Origin: an uncultured archaeon
GTDB lineage: Archaea > Asgardarchaeota > Lokiarchaeia > Sigyniarchaeales > SOKP01
Direction of reading: 5' to 3'
Length of the DNA: 64,000 nt
NCBI GenBank assembly: GCA_964388035.1
Contig: CAYLZE010000008.1
Location: forward strand, 3,176 to 67,175
The notes beneath the pieces are model-generated. The model saw only the letters and a list, made by a program, of their open reading frames with translations. It searched no databases and had not been told where the DNA came from. This document shows positions 60,353 to 64,000 of the stretch, piece by piece (the first letter of the stretch is position 1; each line of letters opens with the position of its first letter). A program made the position numbers and the translations under genes.

Positions 60353-61229
60353 AAAAGAGAGTGCTTCTAAACCAGAACAAGATGTATTGGATTTAACTCA
60401 ACTTCCAATTACAACGGGAACCTTTTACTGGACACCCACATCGACGATATTATATATCTTACTTCAATGTTTATCATTAATGATTCCCTTATCCTTGATA
60501 TTGACATTTTTTACCGATGCATTATATAGTAACTTTTTCCATTGGAGGATTTTTTTTATCGTATTTGATATTCTGGCTTGGTGGGGATCGTATCTCCTTG
60601 CCAGTATCACGATCGGGAAACTATTATTGTTTTTATTAAAATTAATTCACACCCCAAAAGAAGGAATGTTCGATATGAAAGGGAAGGACAGGGATTATCA
60701 ATTTTATTGCTTACGCGTCACGGTTAAAAAGTTTATTTTCTGGATTTGGAATAATTTTTGTTTTCCATGGGTGGCGAACATGGCGTTCAAAGCATGCGAT
60801 ATGAGAGCAGACTTCAAATCAACCATGTTTGATGGATGGACAGACGTGGAATTTATTGAATTTGGAAATAATATGATGATAGGACAAGGAGCAGTAGTTC
60901 TTTCAAGCATGATTCTGGGAGATAAATTATTATTGAAAAAAACAATTATTGGGGACCACGTCGTATTAGGAGGAAATTGCGTTGTAGCGCCTGGGACAAT
61001 CATTGGAAAAGGAACAACCTTGGGTATCTGGGCAGTTACCCATATTAACCAAATACTAGAGCCAGATTGGATATATATTGGAAGACCCGCTCGTAAATTC
61101 GTACCTACTAATACAATGATTGAAGAAAGCAAGAAGAAGTTTATAAGGAGGATTGTTGATACGGGAGAACGAATTCCGTTTGACGTTAACAAATACAAGC
61201 GAGAATTGCGCAAAAAGAGAAAAATCTAG
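60342..61229 (+). CDS. Membrane protein with one (2TM + hexapeptide beta-helix) module
   Basis: HTPKEGMF..DYQFYCLR, IGQGAVV, IGDHVVLG...VAPGTIIG, GRPA; 11-bp overlap with the upstream gene. Confidence 0.7.
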   Translation: MTSEKESASKPEQDVLDLTQLPITTGTFYWTPTSTILYILLQCLSLMIPLSLILTFFTDALYSNFFHWRIFFIVFDILAWWGSYLLASITIGKLLLFLLKLIHTPKEGMFDMKGKDRDYQFYCLRVTVKKFIFWIWNNFCFPWVANMAFKACDMRADFKSTMFDGWTDVEFIEFGNNMMIGQGAVVLSSMILGDKLLLKKTIIGDHVVLGGNCVVAPGTIIGKGTTLGIWAVTHINQILEPDWIYIGRPARKFVPTNTMIEESKKKFIRRIVDTGERIPFDVNKYKRELRKKRKI

Positions 61230-61381
61230 TCTTCTAAAAAGTAATAATCTAAATACAAGATAAAAATCAAAGCGATGATCTTCACATCTCTTACCTATAC
61301 TTCTCATTCTATTAATATATTAATAAAGAAAAAGTGTTATATTAGAAGTAAAAAATAAAAAAATTAAAAAAATTAAAAAAA

Positions 61382-62782
61382 TTAAAGACCCCTTTCTATA
61401 AGGTTAATCTTATTATTCTCCGCATCTTCTTTAGAGATCTTGTACATGAAACCGAAGATGAGTATAGCAATTAAGATGATAATCATTGGTATTATTGACA
61501 TTTGAAATTTTAATCCAAATTTAGCCAAATCGCTATTAGCAGTTCCTAAGGCGGGATCATAACCTGTAAAGCCGGATATGATACTAAAGATAAGCGTTTG
61601 AAAGAAGTATGAAAAAGCAGTAAATACTCTCAAGATTCCATTATAACTACCTTCTTCTCGCCTTCCCGTCTTTAAAGCAGCATTATCGATGCCTTCCGCA
61701 TAGAGGAGTTTATATACCACGGTAAATGTTCCACTATATGCTACGCCTATAAATGCAAATACTAATATTGTTCCCAGAAGATCAGTGAAAAATATGAAAG
61801 CACCCGCACAGGCTGCTATGATGATCAAACCTATTAAATAAGCTTTTTTTACTCCCGTCCTTTTAGCAATCCATGCCCAGATAGGGGCGAAACAGAGACT
61901 TACTATGCCTGTTACAGCGATTGGAAAAGCAGTTGCACCAATTGATAAACCTAAATTATGTACGACAAAAAAATTTAATCCATAGGAGATGCACACTCCA
62001 CCAACGGAGTATAAGAAAGATGTGAGTGTAATCGCCATCCAGTTTCTATCTCTAAAAATGCGGGATAATAAATTTTTAACAGAAGAGGAACCCTTTTTCT
62101 CACTATCTAATTCCGTTCGAAAAGTTTTCATATCAGCGGGCTCTCGGATCCCAAAACTATAAGGAACTATGAAGATAAAGACAATTATTATAATAATAAA
62201 TACAGCAGTTAAATAAGCAGTGGAGCTAAGACCACCAAAGGAAGAGATGAGTGTTGGAACTATAAGAGCCGTTGCAATTGCAACAATACCAGTTATAACC
62301 CCAAGAAGTCCAGTAAGTTTTCTTCGATCTGAAAGTTCTCTAAATAAATCAGGAAATAATAAATCATGATTAACTTCATAGAGGGTCAAGGCGCTTTCAT
62401 AAATGATCATCATGATTGCTAACCAAATAGCCGCTAATGTCATGTTATTTGTAATGGGAATAAAGCATATAATCAAAAGAATTGGGCAACTAATCACTCC
62501 AATCATTATATAGGGAAAACGCTTGCCAAATTTAGATGTGTACCTTGTTGAACGATCTGTTAAATAACCTATTATGGGATCATTCAAACCATCTACGATG
62601 GAATAAACAAGGTAAATCACGGTAATCATTGCCTGCGGAATTAATAATACCGCGGCGGCATAAAATTGAATTTGTCACTATGTAGAGAAAATAAATCCAC
62701 TAATGACTGCTTGAAATGAAAAAAATAGTATTCTTTTATTGGTAATTTTTTCAGAATATTTAGTTTTTGATTCTGTCATCAT
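61382..62782 (-). pseudogene. GPH/MelB-like MFS transporter interrupted by adjacent in-frame TAG-TGA (62675-62680)
   Basis: ATG at 62782 gives MMTESK...ILFFSFQAVISGFIFST**QIQFYAAAVLLIPQA in frame with the 415-aa ORF carrying DGLNDPIIGYLTDR...FGKRFPY and TGRREEGSY. Confidence 0.75.
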
Positions 62783-62820
62783 TTCTCATTCAATTTTTTT
62801 AGTTTTATAATGAAAAGTTT

Positions 62821-62862
62821 TAAATGATAATATATCATTTATTAAATGATAATATTCATTTA
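62821..62862. promoter_or_regulatory. Tandem palindromic operators between the divergent MFS and TetR genes
   Basis: TAAATGATAataTATCATTTA at 62821-62841 and TAAATGAtaatatTCATTTA at 62843-62862. Confidence 0.65.
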
Positions 62863-62961
62863 TATTCTATCGTATTTAAGTTTTTTTTTCTCATTCGTTT
62901 AAAATTTTTTATAACTTCAATCATTAAAGAAAAATTAAAGCACTCGGTAGGTAAATGATTT

Positions 62962-63627
62962 TTGATGAATCCGAAAAAAGCAACTAGAGCCCGATCACCC
63001 GAAAAAAAGTTAGCTAATTTCAAGAAGATTATTGAAATCGGTAAAAGACAACTTGCAAAACACGGAACGAGGGGATTAAGCTTGCGCTCTATAGCGAAGC
63101 AGATGAATATGGGGCAAACCAACATTTATAATTATGTACAGAGCAAAAGAGAACTGTGGATCCTTATAAGATCCAGTTATTATAATGAATTTCTCGTTCC
63201 CTTTGATGAGATTATCAAAAATCATGTAGGAGATTATTTAAGTCTATACATGAAACTTGCAGAATTCTTTCTTGATTTTGCTGGCAAGGATTATAACAGA
63301 TTCGAAATAATGTTTTTAATTTCAGCACCTCCATCTAAAAAGAAAGGACCTTATGAACGAGCTTATGAACCCTTTCAAATAACGAAGAGATTGCTTATCC
63401 TTTTGGAAAAGGCAATCGAAGCAGGAGATGTTAGAAAAGAAGAAGAACTGATCAAATTAAATTATCAAATATTCAGCATGCTGATAGGTGCGGCAAGAAT
63501 GGAGGCAGATCTAAAAGATCATTTTCAGATCATTGAACCCTTTGATATAAAATCCCTTTTAAAATCTCCCGAAGATTTTCGAAATTATGTGTTAAAAGTC
63601 TTAGAAACTATATTAAAAGTAATGTAA
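62962..63627 (+). CDS. TetR/AcrR-family transcriptional regulator
   Basis: G...LSLRSIA..M.M...NIYNYV.SKREL HTH. Confidence 0.9.
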   Translation: MMNPKKATRARSPEKKLANFKKIIEIGKRQLAKHGTRGLSLRSIAKQMNMGQTNIYNYVQSKRELWILIRSSYYNEFLVPFDEIIKNHVGDYLSLYMKLAEFFLDFAGKDYNRFEIMFLISAPPSKKKGPYERAYEPFQITKRLLILLEKAIEAGDVRKEEELIKLNYQIFSMLIGAARMEADLKDHFQIIEPFDIKSLLKSPEDFRNYVLKVLETILKVM

Positions 63628-63892
63628 AAACACAGTGTTCCTCAATTTTTTAACACATGTGTGAACCCTTAAATAGAGTTTATATAAAATAAATATTCTT
63701 ACTCTTCGATTTTTTCTATAGGCATTACGTTATTAACTTTATTAACAATATAAAATCCTATTTCTGCGTAGATTAGCATCTTGTAAAAGGATTTAAAGTT
63801 AAGAAAATGAAATTAAAAAATGAAGTCAATTAACTTTTTCCGTAAAATTAATTAAAAAAAATTAAAAAGAAAAAATGAATTATGAAAAAATT

Positions 63893-64000
63893 TTATTGTT
63901 CTATGACTTGCGGTATTAGCATTTGAGCAACTTTCTTAGGCATAAGCCAACCGATATAGCTAAACACATTTCCAACAACGTAGAGCGATCTTGTTAGTAT
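63893..64000 (-). CDS. 3' end of a CDS entering from beyond the window
   Basis: Open frame ILTRSLYVVGNVFSYIGWLMPKKVAQMLIPQVIEQ* followed by oligo-T tracts. Confidence 0.55.
   Translation of the reverse strand: MLTRSLYVVGNVFSYIGWLMPKKVAQMLIPQVIEQ

Noticed and set aside
61350-61385. (TAAAAAAAT)n-like tandem A-rich repeat; similar tracts near 7165, 10770 and 63850
   Set aside because: These are oligo-T terminator-like tracts 3' of minus-strand genes in an AT-rich genome, with no spacers
62675-62680. TAG-TGA read as pyrrolysine plus selenocysteine recoding
   Set aside because: It lies in a transporter TM region, no SECIS is evident, and simple nonsense changes from TGG GGA explain it
1-64000. 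rRNA, tRNA or CRISPR arrays
   Set aside because: No cloverleaf-like GC-rich segment, rRNA-like stretch or regularly spaced repeat was seen by eye; tRNAscan-SE and Infernal would be needed to exclude them formally

Overview
AT-rich archaeal chromosomal segment, most likely from an Asgard archaeon (Lokiarchaeia-like). The assignment is inferred from two roadblock/LC7 genes (one closely resembling eukaryotic dynein light chain roadblock), a longin-like gene, archaeal-type MetRS, GGTGA-type RBSs and oligo-T 3' tracts. Most genes are metabolic: fatty-acyl/CoA enzymes, peptidases, AOR, Fe-S proteins, transporters and regulators. The main points of interest are: (1) a vWA + two C4HC3 RING protein whose architecture and motifs match TFIIH p44/Ssl1 and whose vWA also resembles proteasomal Rpn10; (2) a very divergent RtcB-fold nucleotidyltransferase beside an unknown gene, an AAA+ ATPase and a HEAT-like protein; (3) a two-gene membrane module with three (2TM + left-handed beta-helix) units, like a split, stand-alone epsilon-poly-lysine synthetase terminal domain; (4) a complete ISL3-like element (23-bp TIRs, 8-bp TSD) with an A8 -1 frameshift and a nonsense codon; (5) probable ATT start codons; (6) several pseudogenes and small ORFs missed by the ORF track, and several tandem palindromic operators. 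No rRNA, tRNA or CRISPR array was seen. All family calls come from motif recognition by eye, not database searches.
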